Assembly (NCBI GenBank): GCA_964016885.1 | Contig: OZ024740.1 | Location: forward strand, 375,968,001-376,032,000 | Origin: Eledone cirrhosa | Taxonomy: Eukaryota | DNA length: 64,000 nucleotides | Reading direction: 5' to 3' | In this document: piece by piece, positions 1 through 14,239 of the stretch | How positions within the stretch are numbered: the stretch's first letter is position 1 | How the letters are laid out: the number at the start of each line of letters is the position of its first letter | The notes under the pieces: generated by a model | Told to the model about the DNA's origin: nothing | Databases searched by the model: none | The model's input: the letters and a program-made list of their open reading frames with translations, nothing else | Program-made: the position numbers and the translations under genes

Positions 1-7
1 ATGTGTG

Positions 8-200
8 TGTAGAAGGTGAGTAATATCGTAGAACAATAACACTATGCATATATCAGATAATACCACTCAACAGTTGGTAGAACTGCAGTATATATTAAAG
101 AAGAAATTAAAAGATGGTTAAAGAAGTTCCATATATTTTATTATGCGCATTTCGAAAACATCATCCTGGGACACAAATTGTCTTCTCATCAGATAAAAGA
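8..200 (-). mobile_element. PLE pseudo-LTR-like segment carrying a hammerhead, inverted relative to the downstream PLE ORF
   Basis: Starts GTAGAAG next to (GT)n and contains ACCACTCAACA, like the element at 27595. Carries a hammerhead at 136-198. An inverted pLTR upstream of the ORF is a known PLE arrangement. Confidence 0.6.
136..198 (-). ncRNA. Type I minimal hammerhead ribozyme
   Basis: Minus strand reads ttttat CTGATGA gaagaca...tgttttc GAAA tgcgca TA ataaaa. Core is intact, stems I and II pair, stem III is palindromic. Confidence 0.8.
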
Positions 201-1596
201 AGGTAACATGATATGAGGCCTAAAAGCACTTGTCAACAGGAAAGTGCAAAACCTACATATGACAGAAAATATAATAGCAAGAATAGATAGAAAAATATAA
301 AAAAAGAAAAGAAGAGGAAGGAAAAAAAGGAAAAAGAAAGTGGGGAGAGGAAAAAAGAAAAAAGAAAAAAGAAAAAAGAAAAAAGAAAGAAGAGAGAGAG
401 AAAGAGAGAGAGAGAGACTTTTGATCAGGAACGCTGTCAAAATGAAAAGAGTAAATTGATGAGGTGTATGGGCGAATATTATAGATGGTATTCAATTATT
501 AGAGGTCTAAAATGTAGGAACTGGATATATTATTTTTTATTTGATTTTAATACTAAAATTTGGAATAAGAAGTGTAAAAATGTATTAATAAAATAAAATT
601 AAATTAAATTAAAATAAGTATATAAAAGATTTTTATATAAAATAAATTAAAATAAAATAAAATAAAAAAATTAAAATAGTTTATCTATGTCAAAATTAAA
701 AATTTCTATTAAGCGCTAACTCTTATATCGGATACTATTGATGGTCTCTATTTCTATTATAAAATGGATTACTACAGCATCACAAATTCACTTAAAGACA
801 TTCCTTTACCGGGAAAAACTGAATACACAAGACGTTTGATAGAAAAAACGGACTCTTTCGTTCGGAGGCTCAGATGGATCGCACATTTCCATGACCAGCG
901 ATTAAAAGGAAATTTCTATAGAAAGGAACCTAATAACCTTGATTCATTATTTAACTCCAGAAGAAATCCTCCCTTTAATAAAAACTTACCACATTTTGAA
1001 AATGAATTAACTAAAATTATACGAAGAATTAAATTCAAAAGAAACCCATATCGAGGCTAGGTACACCTTATCATCCTTAAGAATAAAATTAATGACCTTA
1101 ATTCTTCTAAAAACGTTTTAGTTCATTCTGACAAAAGAAACAATTTATATGGCATAAGGAAAGTTAAATATAATAACCTTATCCTTAAAGAAATAAGAAA
1201 CAATTATCATAAAATTACGCACGATAATCTTGATTCTATTAATAGAGAAGCACATGAGATAATAACCAAACAGGGTATGAGAAAAAAACAGAACCCTCCG
1301 TCCCTAGAATCCCAAGGATTAATCTGAAGGATCATAAAAGACATTTTCGAACTGACTTGCCTGTAAGACTAATTGCCCCTTCTAAATCTGACCTAGGGGT
1401 TGTTAGTAAATCCAACTTGGATATAATTATCCCACTGTTTAGGTTTAAATCTCAACTAAATTTATGGTTGGGTTCATCCGATGTAATAGCCTGTTTAAAT
1501 GACCTAATTAATAAAGACAAACTAAAATGTATTCAATTAGACATTACTAGATATTACTCTTCTATTTCACCTTCACTCCTAAATAAGGCTCACTCA

Positions 1597-2787
1597 TCTA
1601 TATATATAAAACTGTGGTTGTCTGTCTGTCTATCGATTTTTGGCACACATCTCCTCTTAGAATCTCTCACGGAATTGCACCGAAATTGCTATACTTGTAC
1701 ATTGAGCCCTAGCGAAGACATCGGAAAAAAAATATTTCAAATTGACCCGCCCTATCTGACGAAATCGAATATAATGTATCGATTTTTGAGCGTAAGTGAT
1801 CAGTTATTTCCCTTTGTTCTGTTTACATTGAGCGTCTGCGTGCAAAAATTAAAAAAATTACGCTGGCTTTCTCAGCGTTTAAAATGACATTAACACAATA
1901 ATTTTGACTTGAAAGCAAGTCTATTTAAAGACTACGTAAAACAAGCAAATATTTCGTAAAAAAAAGCAAAAATTATATAAGTTTATTTAAAATATATGTA
2001 TCTGTAAATTTCGTTACGCGTGCAGTCAGTTTTATATATATAGATGATAAACAATAATATCCTCTATGAGGTCACTAAACCTGCTAGAAACAGCAGCTAA
2101 CTCTCCCTCATATCACACCACTCCCTACTGTCTTAAATTTAGAAAACATATCCTCTATGAGGTCACTAAACCTGCTAGAAACAGCAGCTAACTCTCCCCC
2201 ATATCACACCCCTCTCTACTGTCTTAAATTTAGAAAACATATCTTCTATGAGGTCACTAAACCTGCTAGAAATAGCAGCTAACTCTCCCTCATATCACAC
2301 CACTCCCTACTGTCTTAAATTTAGAAAACACATATCCTCTATGAGGTCACTAAACCTGCTAGAAACAGCAGCTAACTCTCCCTCATATCACACCACTCCC
2401 TACTGTCTTAAATTTAGAAAACACATATCCTCTATGAGGTCACTAAACCTGCTAGAAACAACAGCTAACTCTCCATCATATCACAACCCTCCCTACTGTC
2501 TTAAATTTAGAAAACACACAGACAACCATGCAGAACAACTCCATCGCAGCTCTGTTGTTCGGCTGGCATCGTCTACTCGCGTGTTGCGCAAGTACTGTGA
2601 AACAATAAATTTCAACACTTTTTTGCACAGAGATAATATCCATAGGCGAAACTACAATTGTCACTGCTGGCGCAGCTCATGCTTCCAGGTCTGCAATTCA
2701 TTCACCCAGTGCCTGGCAGACAAAAAAGTGCTGCAACCTAACTTTGGTAACTTAATGACCCCGAGCAACGCCGGGCTTTAATGCTAG
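1597..2787 (+). mobile_element. Non-autonomous Helitron inserted in the PLE RT
   Basis: 5' end TCTATATATATAAAA; 3' hairpin CCCG-agcaacgc-CGGG followed by CTAG. Inserted between A1596 and T2788 with no target duplication. Removing it restores the RT frame (NKAHS|YALKYTDITSEEINIILTARK). Confidence 0.85.
2059..2517 (+). repeat. Minisatellite, 5 x 91-93 bp, inside the Helitron
   Basis: Units beginning atcctctatgaggtcactaaacctgctagaa start at 2059, 2150, 2241, 2334 and 2427. Confidence 0.95.
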
Positions 2788-4606
2788 TATGCGTTAAAAT
2801 ACACGGACATCACTAGTGAGGAAATTAACATCATTTTGACCGCAAGGAAAACCATCTTAGGATTTAACAATGAATATTGGACAAGAGCGGATACTTCCAA
2901 CAATTTCGACATCACCATGGGTTCGTCGGATTCAGCTAAACTGACCGACTTGGTTCGAATTTCATTTTGAACTTTTTAAATTGGAAAATTCCTCAACTTC
3001 GCGGTGGAATTTATCGTGATGATGCTCTTTTTACTGTCTTTAATTGCAACAAAGTAAACTTTAATTATTAAGAAAAATATACTCGATATATTTAAGTATC
3101 TTAACTTAAAAATTGAATTCGAGAATAATGATAAATTAGCAAATTTCCTGGATATATCCCTTAATCTAGATACCGCCCTATATTAGCCATATCATAAGGA
3201 TAATGAGAACTTAAATTACGTTAACTTTAAATCTAACCACCCTTCTAATGTTAAAACTGCTATAGTCAGAAGTGTGGAAAAAAGAATTTCTAATTTATCC
3301 TCTAACAAATATATCTTCGAAGCTAACGCCAATTATTATAATAATGCGCTATCTAGGGCTGGATATCAATCCAAAATTAAGTATACTAAGGAAACTAATC
3401 TTGGCAGAGCCTATAGTAACTCTAGTAATGCAGCTAGTAACAATCATACCACTAACAAAAGGAGGAGATCTAGATATAAAAATATCCTTTGGTACAACGC
3501 TCCCTTCTCTCTTTCCGTTATTAATAATATCCGTAAATTATTTTTAGGGCTCCATATAACAGCTTCCCTCCTTCACATATATATAGCAAGGTATTCAATA
3601 AGCATACTATTAAATTCTCATACTCCACTACCTTGAACATTTCTAAAATTATCTCAAGACATAATTCGAAAATATTAAAGAATAACACATATGTCCAGCA
3701 TTGAGAGTCATAATAATAACACTATAAGGTCCGACGTCAATGTAAACTCTAGGTAAAATAACACAAATATAAATACGACGTCAAACGTAACTTTGAGGAA
3801 TACATCAAATAGTAATGTAAATCTAGAAACTTTAGCACCTCCTTTAGTTAATTCCACCACTCCAGTTCCTAATATAATTAACCCTGGGCCACTTGCCAAT
3901 AACACTGTAAATAATCTTAATCGTAAATGCAACTGCCCTATTAGAACTAATTGTCCTCTCAGTAATTTCTGTATCGATAAAAACCTAGTATATGAATGTA
4001 AAGTGGTAACTTGTACCAATACCTATACCTACATCGGTTCTACTTCTACCTCATTTAAAGCAATATTCTATAATCATTCTTCTTCATTTAAATATCCACT
4101 TAAAAGGACAAGCACCGCACTCTCGGACCTTATTTGGTCCTTAAAAGACAAAAACATTATTTACAAAATTTCTTTGCGTAATATCTACAACGCATCTCCA
4201 TACTCCAATCCTTCCACATCTAGTGTTTGTAATTTATGTCTAGTTGAACATTTTACCATTATCTCGAATTTCAACTCTATAATAAATAGAAGAACAGATT
4301 TAATTGGTCTCTGTAATCATACATCCATCAAGACCTTTCACAAAGTATATAGCTAATGTCCTATAGCTTTTTCAGGAAAAACAGTTAATTTTTTACACAT
4401 ATTTTTCTTACATATATATTCTTTTTACATATATATATATATTTTCTTTTATATATATTTTTACACATATTTCATTATATTCTACAATGTATTAATTTTG
4501 TTTTCTCAGCATACTTTACACCTGTCAAGGTGCTCAGGGTGATATATATATATATTTTATATACATATATATATCGTAGAAGCTGCAACGCCTATCATAA
4601 TAAAAG

Positions 4607-4647
<41 letters not shown>

Positions 4648-5221
4648 CGTTTTATAGGAATCATATTCAGAGCAGAATTGCATATGTTTTATATTCCTAC
4701 AATATAAAGACGTTCATTAAACCTCTGTCTACAACTTGTAGAAACGACTTCTCTCAATTAGTTGTGTCTCGTCCAGCTGCTCTTTTTATAAATATATTGG
4801 CATATTCATTTTGAATACGACTATTATTAAATTAATATTCGCTTTGTTTTAAAGAAGTAGTCATAAAAAGCAGCATTCCTGCTAAATTAATCAGTTTAGA
4901 TGAAAACTGCGCTCCAGTGAACATACTTTATATTAAAAAAATAACTCAGTAACAATAATTCAATTATACCCACCATTGATCACGTTTTAATGACTTCTTT
5001 CTTTTTTATTCCCAAAATGGAAGAATTAGTTTACAATAAATCAGCAAAAGCAATTTTGTTGTAAACTACTGTTTCTTTTAAAATACTCAACAGAAGATTT
5101 ATAGATGGGAAATGCTAACATAGAAACATGCAGCACCTTATATTTAATCAAGACAAACACATACAATTTAGGCATATATATCATAAAAACAAACATACAC
5201 AACCATATATTTATATATTAA

Positions 5222-6117
5222 CGAGCTGTGTCAGAAAAGAAATAGCGCTTGGATCGCAAAACATATTTCAAATCCAAACTACAAACTACAAGTTTTCCCT
5301 TTCAAAATAATCCCCCTCGAGTCTAACACACTGACATCCTTCTCCGCTACGTGTCCATGCACTGCTGGTAAGATTCTCGCGGGATTCTCCTCAGATCTCT
5401 TCTCACAGCCCTTTCTATAGCTTCCAGTTTCGAAAACGGTACGTATTCGAAGAACTATGACTCATCCATGGTGATGATTCTATCCACCAAATCTTTTCGG
5501 TTTAAAGACGCTCGAAGATGTCCTTACACATTGGCATGCGCTGCTTTTTTTAGTCATTGTTCAGCAGATCCAGCTCCATTGTAGCGTAGATCTTCCGCAT
5601 TCCAGAATCTCTGATGATAATCTTCCAAACTGTGACGCGGTTCATGCCCAGCTCACGTGCAATCAATCAAACTGCTAGCCGACGTTGGGCATGGAACACC
5701 TGACTCACGCGCTCAACGTTGGCCTCAATCATGCTCGTTGAGTGCCTTCACCTTCTGGGGTCGTCTTCCATGTCCTCACGTCCCTCATTAATTCTTTTGT
5801 CCACCCAAAACCCTTTGAGGGTGAAACAAACTCTTTCCCCAACAATTACTGCAGTGTCCCGAGTGCTTCTGACGCAGTTTTCCCAGGCCGAACCAGAAAC
5901 TATGCTGGTTCCTTGCTCTGTGCCCATCGCTCAACGGCCTAAAATTGAGGAACTGTTAATAAAGGCACGTGAAAAAACATGCAACGGGGGCAGAAAGCTG
6001 AGATAGCAGTTATATTCTCCCCGGATATTACACCACAGAGTGACACAACCCACTAGTCCCTACAACGCCCATACCTTACAACACACTAAGTTCTGTTCAC
6101 TTTTCTGACACACCTCG
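5222..6117 (-). mobile_element. Mariner DNA transposon, internally deleted and decayed
   Basis: Terminal inverted repeats CGAG(c/g)TGTGTCAGAAAAG with TA at the right end. Minus-strand remnants: PGKTASEA, EGREDMEDDP, RIITMDES, RGDYFEG. Confidence 0.85.
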
Positions 6118-6149
6118 TATGTGCGAGCAATTGGTAAAACTAAATTCAC

Positions 6150-6720
6150 AATGTTTCCAGATTTCAGCAAGGATTTCATCTTCCTGGTGTGCTCTCCCAT
6201 TTTATAGACAGAAGAATGTACTCAACCTTTCCTTTATTCTTGCTTTCTCATTTACGGCTGCACTGATAGTCCTCCGGTTGCTGTAGGTAAGATTCACATC
6301 GTGTATGTTACGGGGCGCATTGATCGGTTGCTGAAATTATTCATTTCATTTTTTCAGTATTTACAGGGTGCACACTATCACATCTAATCATGTTATCTTT
6401 CAAATGTATTTAATATGGGGTTGAAAGAGGAAAGGTGAGTCCTTTAGAAAAAGCTCTTCGCGCCGTTTTAATCTGCTTTGCATTGTAACCGTTCTTGATT
6501 ACTATTCTCAATCTTTCAACTTGAGTTTCTAACAGTCTCAAAGTATTCTGTCAGGGTTTATATATCGGTTCTAGTTTTTATCATTTGTTGTTGTTTTTCA
6601 TCTCCCACTGTATCTGTATTTCCAAACCAGGAATCGTTAAGATCAAAGCGATCTTCGTACGTTCAGTAAGTCTGGCAAATAGGCCGCTTCCGTACACTTG
6701 TGAAATACATCACTTGTGAA
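6150..6720 (-). mobile_element. Decayed PLE fragment (RT thumb/EN; Penelope/Poseidon-like)
   Basis: Minus-strand remnants FTSVRKRP (resembling TSVYRKP), LRIVIKNGYNAKQIK and RRTISAAVNE. Confidence 0.5.
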
Positions 6721-9700
6721 ATGCATCAATTCTGGTTATTTTCGGTTTTGTGCACGTCCTATTAAACAACTGCTCATTTTACTGTTACGTTTTAGGGAAG
6801 TTATTCTGCGACGTTAGCAGTTATTTCTCTCTATATTGAGCAGTGAGCGAATGTTCATCTTGAAACCAGATGATTCGACTAACAGCTCTTTTACCTATAC
6901 TATTGCTGCCGTGAATATTCATTCTGTTCCGCTATTGAGTAATTAAAGAGAATAATCATATACTCAACTTTTGACAGATGATATAATTACGCTTTAGCAT
7001 TGGTATTTTTGCTATAACATGGTATTCATTGGCAATAGTTACAACTGAAAGATGCTACACTCTGGAATACAGCCAACACCAATATAATATTGCGTAATGT
7101 GTATCTGATTTTGTTTACGTTTGCCATGGTTGGCTGAAATATCTTGAATATCATAACATTGCAGTACCTTGTCTCAACACCATAATGTGTCACTTACTGA
7201 CATTGGTGTTTCTCTGTAATTTGTTACATATGTTTAATTCAATTCCTGAATCCCCGGGTTTATTTTATGAGCTTGCCACAACAAATTTACATTGATATCT
7301 TTGAAATAACCACAGTCAGAAAACCAGGATTTACATTAGCTTGCTATATCCTTACACTTTTTCTAAATCACGAGCGCTACGTTTTTCACCTCCGTCTGCC
7401 ACTTCAGGTTTGAGTAATGTTCTAGAATTGTTTTGAAAATTAATTTAGTTTTCATTTTTTTCTACTGCCGGTATTAGTTATGATCATATAATGCGGTAAT
7501 TGGTATAATAGATAAGTGAGGTTTTCATAATCCTAAAGACTTTTCGCAAGTTACAAGCGACACATGTCAAGGAACCGCATCTGTTTCTTACCAACAAGAA
7601 TAGAATTCAAAACCACATCGGTTCAACAATATAATTGATTTACAAACTGAAATGTCTATTATCGCTGATTTGATACCCTGTGCAATTCACACATTCAGGA
7701 CCGAAAATCCATATACAAATAATGTTCGATGTGTAATTCAATAAAGCGTTCATTTGCTACAAATCTATAGCGTAACGAAAGATTATGATGAATGATGGGT
7801 GTTGGGAGGTATATATTTTTTGTGATCATAAATCTTTCCATCTGTTGGTAGATCAGTAAAATGATATATTTACATGGAGTGATCGGAACAGAATGGATAT
7901 GCTATTAAAAGCAGCGGAGATTCCATTCTCGATGATTTGCATACGTCTTGGGTTTTTCATGTATAACTCCCAGCAATATATTTCCCTGCACGAGCACAAG
8001 TAAGATTTTAGTGCGAACAACTGAATATAGGTGCGACAGGTTTCTTTTGATTTTTACTGGTTCTAGTCATTGGAATGTAACCATGTTCAGTGTCATCTAC
8101 ACGGGATTATGATATCAATTTTCTTTAAACATTGTGCACATTAATATTGATCTCACTCATATTCAGGATATAAATGTATGTGTGTGGGTGTGTGCATGCG
8201 CGTGTGGGGGGTGTATGTGGGTGGGGGGGGGGGAAGAATTCAAGGAAGTCATATATATTTAGAAATAATGGCAGATACATGATGTATAATTTATATATTT
8301 TAAGCTATATTTGTACCGTCTAATCTAGTTCGCGAGTCGGAGTTAAAATCGTTTTCACAAGTTCTAGCTCTTTCTAAGCATTCCAACGTTTCAAGCATTT
8401 AAGATAAGCTTAAAAACTATATTCTAGATTTACGTATTTGATGATAACGTGAAACCTGTCGGCTGAAATATTCTTCGGCAAATTATTGATTTCTCTGTAA
8501 CCTACTTTGATACTTTGATGTGTATAAAGAGCCATTAATATTGAATGTGGCAGTTTTAAACAAACCGCTTTCTTTCTATGTCTTTATATGTTTCATTCAA
8601 TAGAGTTTCATTCGAATATTCAAATTTTAGGAAAAAAGTCATTTGTTTACGGCACTTGAAAATAATACAATAATCCCATTTAAACTGTAACTGATAGACG
8701 ACAATGTGTTTCACGCAACATACTTTGAACTTTAATGTTCATTATTCCCATCTTTAGAATATTCACCATTATACTGTATCCCGCATTATCAAAGTAAATA
8801 ATAGAAAAATATGTCGGATTAAATAACTAGAAAAAATTAATAAACAAATACGCCTGAGCGTTTGAGCATGTGAATATTAAAAGTTTCATACAGCTTCAAT
8901 GGTTTCATCTATTAGTGATTTTAATATCATTAAGAATCTATCACATTCAGAATCATTTTATATCATCCAATATACATTTTTAAATTGGTTGACTCGCTAC
9001 CACAGTTACTATTTATTGGAGGAGCGCCAACCATGATTTCCTATGTATCTATTATTTTTTGTTAGGCACTGTTAATATCTTTCGAGATCTCGTTATATAT
9101 TTATATAATTATTTCATGAATCCCGCAGAATCACGGCAATCATATGATATCGGATACAATAGAGCACTACATAATCAATGAAATATAAATACATAAATAA
9201 TATTATATCTGAACTTTACGGTATATTACATACTATTCAACACAGTGTTTTGCCCTCTTGTCCCAAATCTTACACCATCTCCTCTGCCAAACATCAATCT
9301 TTGCACTGCTGAAATAAAATATTACACAGAAAATAGATAACCGGCATAACTGTATCATTAAATAGTTAACCTCATAGAAATAGGTTTTCGGGTTCGCGGT
9401 TATATTAGAAGACTAAAGTGAAATCCACTGCTGGTTTTCATTTGACATGCTAGCGCAAATTATTAATGATTTTGTTTTCATAGTTGACAAGAACATTGTC
9501 AAATTTGAGTTTCTATATAATATGCAGTTGTTGATCCACTGTCTTTCCCCAGACTTACAATCAACACAATAGATTTCTAAGAGATTTTGGCGCACCTCTT
9601 TATACTATCAAGCAGCTGGCTGTTTGATTATATGGACGTTCGTTTTCAGCAGGATTTGTACCAAAACAATAAATATCTGCTTTGCATCTGACCTGACATC

Positions 9701-10404
9701 TATAGAAATTTGATGGTGGTAGTTAAAACGATGACCATTGTCCATCCCAGAAATCACAGTCGTCTTTGATGCCAAAATACCTCCAACCAAAAATTAAATT
9801 GCTTTTCTATTTTCGACCAATTCTTTCTTATAATATTGTGAATGTCCCGATTTTCTATTTTAATATTTTCAGATATAGGACTTCTACCTCTCTTTGCGGT
9901 AAAATCATACATTTTGGGTTATATCAAAAGAGAATTGATTGATTTAGATTTAATGAACGCAATCAAATGCCTGACCATTGACGTACCTGACAACAAATAT
10001 CAAATATTTTGTATAATATTCTGATCTCCTTATGTTGCAACTGTACATATTCTATTGTTATTTAATGTGATTACAGTTTTAAAATCATAATCGGTTACAT
10101 TATAGCTGATTAATATGCATAACAAGATATTAGTTCGTTAGTTCTTTTGTTTCTTTGAAACATCTCAGTGGAATCTATGCTGGTGCACCACTGTTAAGGG
10201 TGTGAAAGAATATGTATTTCTGCCATGAAAAGAGAATACATTAGAATCCTTGATAATACTAGACGTTAATCAAAATAGCCAGATGTTGATTAGGTAAAAA
10301 CTTGTATTTAGTTCGGGCATATTTTTTTAATTTGTCATTTCATTCGTAAAACGTTTCAGTGTCCAGTCCGTGCAATTAGTAGGCACCTCACTTTATTAAA
10401 TAAT

Positions 10405-10620
10405 GGTTTCTTATATAGACACAAGGCCAGCAATTTTTTTTTGGGGGGGAGTCGATTAAATCGACCCCAGTGCGTGACTAGTACTTTATAATATCGACCC
10501 CGTAAGGGTGAACAGCAAAGTTATCCTTAGTGGGATTTGAACTCAGAACATAAAGAGCCGTAACTCTATGCTGAAAAGCATGGCGTCTCACCCTCTACTG
10601 ATAGTGCCAATCCAGCACCC
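10405..10620 (-). mobile_element. tRNA-derived SINE (Meta-domain-like, cephalopod type)
   Basis: Contains cacaaggccagcaat, tcgaccccgtaagg and ggatttgaactcag (reverse complement of a B box). The same family occurs at 17180, 21700 and 24150. Confidence 0.8.
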
Positions 10621-11004
10621 TCTTTTATTTTATTAAATAATGCTAACATAATTTCAGAACGATTTCGTTTCTATTTCTAGCGCCTAGATCAATCATATAG
10701 AGACTCGACAATTATTTCATATTTTGATTGCATGTGGCATATACATAACCAAAGAATTCGTATTATAGTGTTTGTAGATCTCATATATGGCTATTTTTTC
10801 AATTATGCAATGATTAAAACTATTTTAGAGCAAGAAACAATTTTCAGTGTCATGAATCTTTTTAAACATTTTCTTCGATATTAAGTGTAAAAGCGCGTGT
10901 AGAAATGTTAGAGTGTTACCCGATGTATACATATATATATATATATATCAGTGACGTACACTCATATATATATATACACCCTTCATACCCAGTGATACAT
11001 ATTC

Positions 11005-11121
<117 letters not shown>

Positions 11122-11382
11122 TGGGTACACAACAGTTAGTTAACCGTACCGAGAACCATTATTTCACCTTAGCGGATCCTCAGCTCGTAATGGACCGTTA
11201 TACGGAACAGGAAGGACTTTCTCTTCCGTTTAACCATGTCCATTACGAGCTGAGGATCTGCTAAGGGGAAATAATTGTTCCGGTATGGTGAACTAACTGT
11301 TCTGTAATCACTTCTACCTAACTCGTCCGATGGACAGAGTGCTCTACCACTACGGATATTACTCTCCAGTGTTCTACCACTA
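11122..11382 (+). mobile_element. Fold-back hammerhead element, family A (inverted copy + forward copy + tail) between (TA)n tracts
   Basis: 11131-11195 is the reverse complement of 11238-11301. Motif ccattacgag CTGAGGA tccgctaaggt GAAA taatgg TT ctcggtacgg on the minus arm, with a decayed copy on the plus arm. Confidence 0.8.
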
Positions 11383-11390
11383 TATATATA

Positions 11391-11448
<58 letters not shown>

Positions 11449-11532
11449 AATAATAATAATAATTATAATCATTTTTCTTTTTTTTAATGATAAGGATAAT
11501 TTGTTTTGTCTTCATTACGTTTATTGAATAGT

Positions 11533-11620
11533 GGGAGGCGTTTCGCTATTCATCTGCTCAAGGTTCGATCTGTATCAATCTAGCCCGACTCTGGAAAGAA
11601 ATGCTCGTCGGACCTCTGCT
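11533..11620 (-). ncRNA. Degenerate hammerhead-like motif with long stem II
   Basis: Minus strand reads gaggt CCGACGA gc...gc GAAA cg..., followed by AATAAA. Shares acagatcgaacc with 55127. Confidence 0.35.
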
Positions 11621-12284
11621 GTGGCAATGACAGAAAGAACCAGTATGACTTAGAAAGTTCTATAACGATTCTCATTGATTTATTGTGGTCAGTTACTGTT
11701 GTTTTGATTGGTGGTTTCGCTATAAGGAATGTTTTGTTGTGATAAGCGGGGGGTGGGTGTCATAATGAAGAGGTGGTTGAGGTATGAGCGATGTATGATG
11801 TGAGTTGCGGGGGTGTTTTGGCTATTTCATAGACATTGTTGCAGGTATGTGGTGAGGCGATGTCTCTGGGTGTGGTGTGGAGGGTGATATGGGTTATGCG
11901 TGATGGGAGATCAAACAATGCGATGCGGGTTCTGCTGCACAGCGGTTTGTCGAAGAGGAATGAAATAAAATTAAAAAAAATAAAGAAAAATATAAGGAAA
12001 GTAGTTAACCTAGGGTAGGGGTGAAGCTTTTACAAAACTCTCTATATCCTTAAAAGGATATTTGTACAATAAAGAATTATGGGTTGTGACTAGAGTTTGA
12101 AATGAATATAAATATACATGTGCGCATGCATGCACACACACACACACACACACATACACACGCACATACACACACATACACACACACACACACACACAAA
12201 CATATATATGTATACATACATACATATATATATATATATAAAATATATATATATATATATATATGTACACACATATATATACAC

Positions 12285-13065
12285 ACACACACACACAGTG
12301 TAAGACGTAACAGCCTGTATCTCTGCATATGCACTCACTCAGATATATGCGTGTTCATAGACCGGCACATCCACACAGCTATATGAGTCTGCAGGCGATT
12401 ACTCATATATATATATATATACACAAACTCAGATATATGTGTCAGTACTAGCAGCGCTTCTTCGGGCAGTAACCACGGACAGACCAAAACTTAGCACCTG
12501 AATTCAGACAACTATAGGAACCTACACACCATCGTAGTAACTACCACAATTATTATTATATCTCATCAACTTTATCAGCGTCCTCATTACCATTGTTACA
12601 TTCATTACTATTGTTACTCTTGTTAATATTATATTGTATTCTTTATCATGTCCCTCATTATTAAACATATCACCATGTATTCACAACTCTCACCCACATG
12701 AAGACGCACCGCACACGCAAGAAGCACACACACACCACCACCATCCATACTATACATTACCACAATTGCTTTCATCACTTTCATTTGTATCACCAATTTC
12801 ATCCCCGTTATTACTATTACATTTATTTCCCATCAATAACATATTTTCACCCTTCTCTAATCCTAAAAAAAATGTTTACCACCTTATAGACGCACTACTA
12901 GTATATACACATATACCTGAGTTGTGTATATATATATATGAGTACACGCCCACAGAGTGATATGTTTGTATGAATGTGCGGGCCTATAACCATGCATATA
13001 TCTGAGTGTGTGCATAAGCAGAGATACAGAGAGGTGTATGTATATACGCGTGGGTGTGTGTGTAT
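12285..13065. repeat. Diverged inverted repeat, ~150-bp arms with ~460-bp spacer
   Basis: ctgtatctctgcatatgcactcactcagatatatgc (12316) pairs with gcatatatctgagtgtgtgcataagcagagatacag (12994). Confidence 0.75.
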
Positions 13066-13176
13066 GTAGCTAAGCATACTCTGCTTGGTTTTACACCTCT
13101 TTTCCGACTGGAAACTACGCATCAAGTGTTCACGCGGGTGAACCTACAGTAACTCCACGTTACATTCCCAATATAA

Positions 13177-13277
<101 letters not shown>

Positions 13278-13333
13278 ATAAAAACAAAACAAAAAAACAC
13301 GTGAATGCAGTTATATTCAATTGACGCACAAGG

Positions 13334-13571
<238 letters not shown>

Positions 13572-14020
13572 TTAGTGTAGAAAATAGAATAATCGTAGAA
13601 GTATTAAATATTATCCGACATACACGCTAGATATTACCCAAGGATGTGTGAAGTATGCGATACTTCATTATTGATACTGTACTTTTTCTTATCAACATGA
13701 CATATCCCAAGCTAACAATTTATATGTTAATTGAAATCAGAATATATATTCGTAAAATAATTCATTGTATATACATTTTTTTTGTGGTTTGATTTATAAA
13801 ATATCCGATATTAATGAAATATTTTTCGTCAATAAAAATTAATAGAAAATATAAATTCATTTCCTTCTCAAAGTCGAAATGTATTTTTTGTTGTGTTGAC
13901 GAAAGTTTGCTTATAGATCAAACCGATATTAAACAGTTATGACGACAAAGAAACTAAAGCGAATTTTCCCCTTCTAACCATATAGATTAAATGTAATATT
14001 CGTGCGCTAGGAGTAAGTGC

Positions 14021-14077
<57 letters not shown>

Positions 14078-14239
14078 AATATATATATATTTATATTTAT
14101 GTGTGTGTGTGTGTGTTTGTCTGTATGTGTGTGGAGTGGTGAGTCTGTGGGTGCGTATGTGTATATATGTGTATGTATGTGTGAGGGCTTCGCTGTGTGT
14201 GTGTGTGTGCTGATACATATATACCTGTTTTCTTAGAGA

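Larger units (their letters stand above)
764..4356 (+). mobile_element. Penelope-like retroelement (RT + C-terminal GIY-YIG), pseudogenised; probably Hydra-clade type
   Basis: Fragmented ORF with RT motifs PVRLIAPSKS, LDITRYYSSI, FDITMGSSDSA (~2905) and GGIYRDD (~3002). Also has ILWYNAPFS, a CNCPIRTNC (CxCx5C) linker, LVYE...TYIGSTS, CNLC and CNH. Stops and frameshifts are present, and a Helitron interrupts it. Confidence 0.9.

Noticed and set aside
2059-2781. Regular repeats and ORF 2248-2781 as a CRISPR array or repeat protein
   Set aside because: The units are contiguous with no unique spacers and no cas genes nearby. They form a minisatellite inside a Helitron.
9380-10030. Possible coding remnant (GTSMVRHL on the minus strand, BED-finger-like)
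   Set aside because: Stops in the frames I read and only one short motif; cannot be assigned without a database search.
10405-10620. tRNA gene
   Set aside because: The A/B-box-like head is fused to a repeated SINE body, and no cloverleaf is evident.
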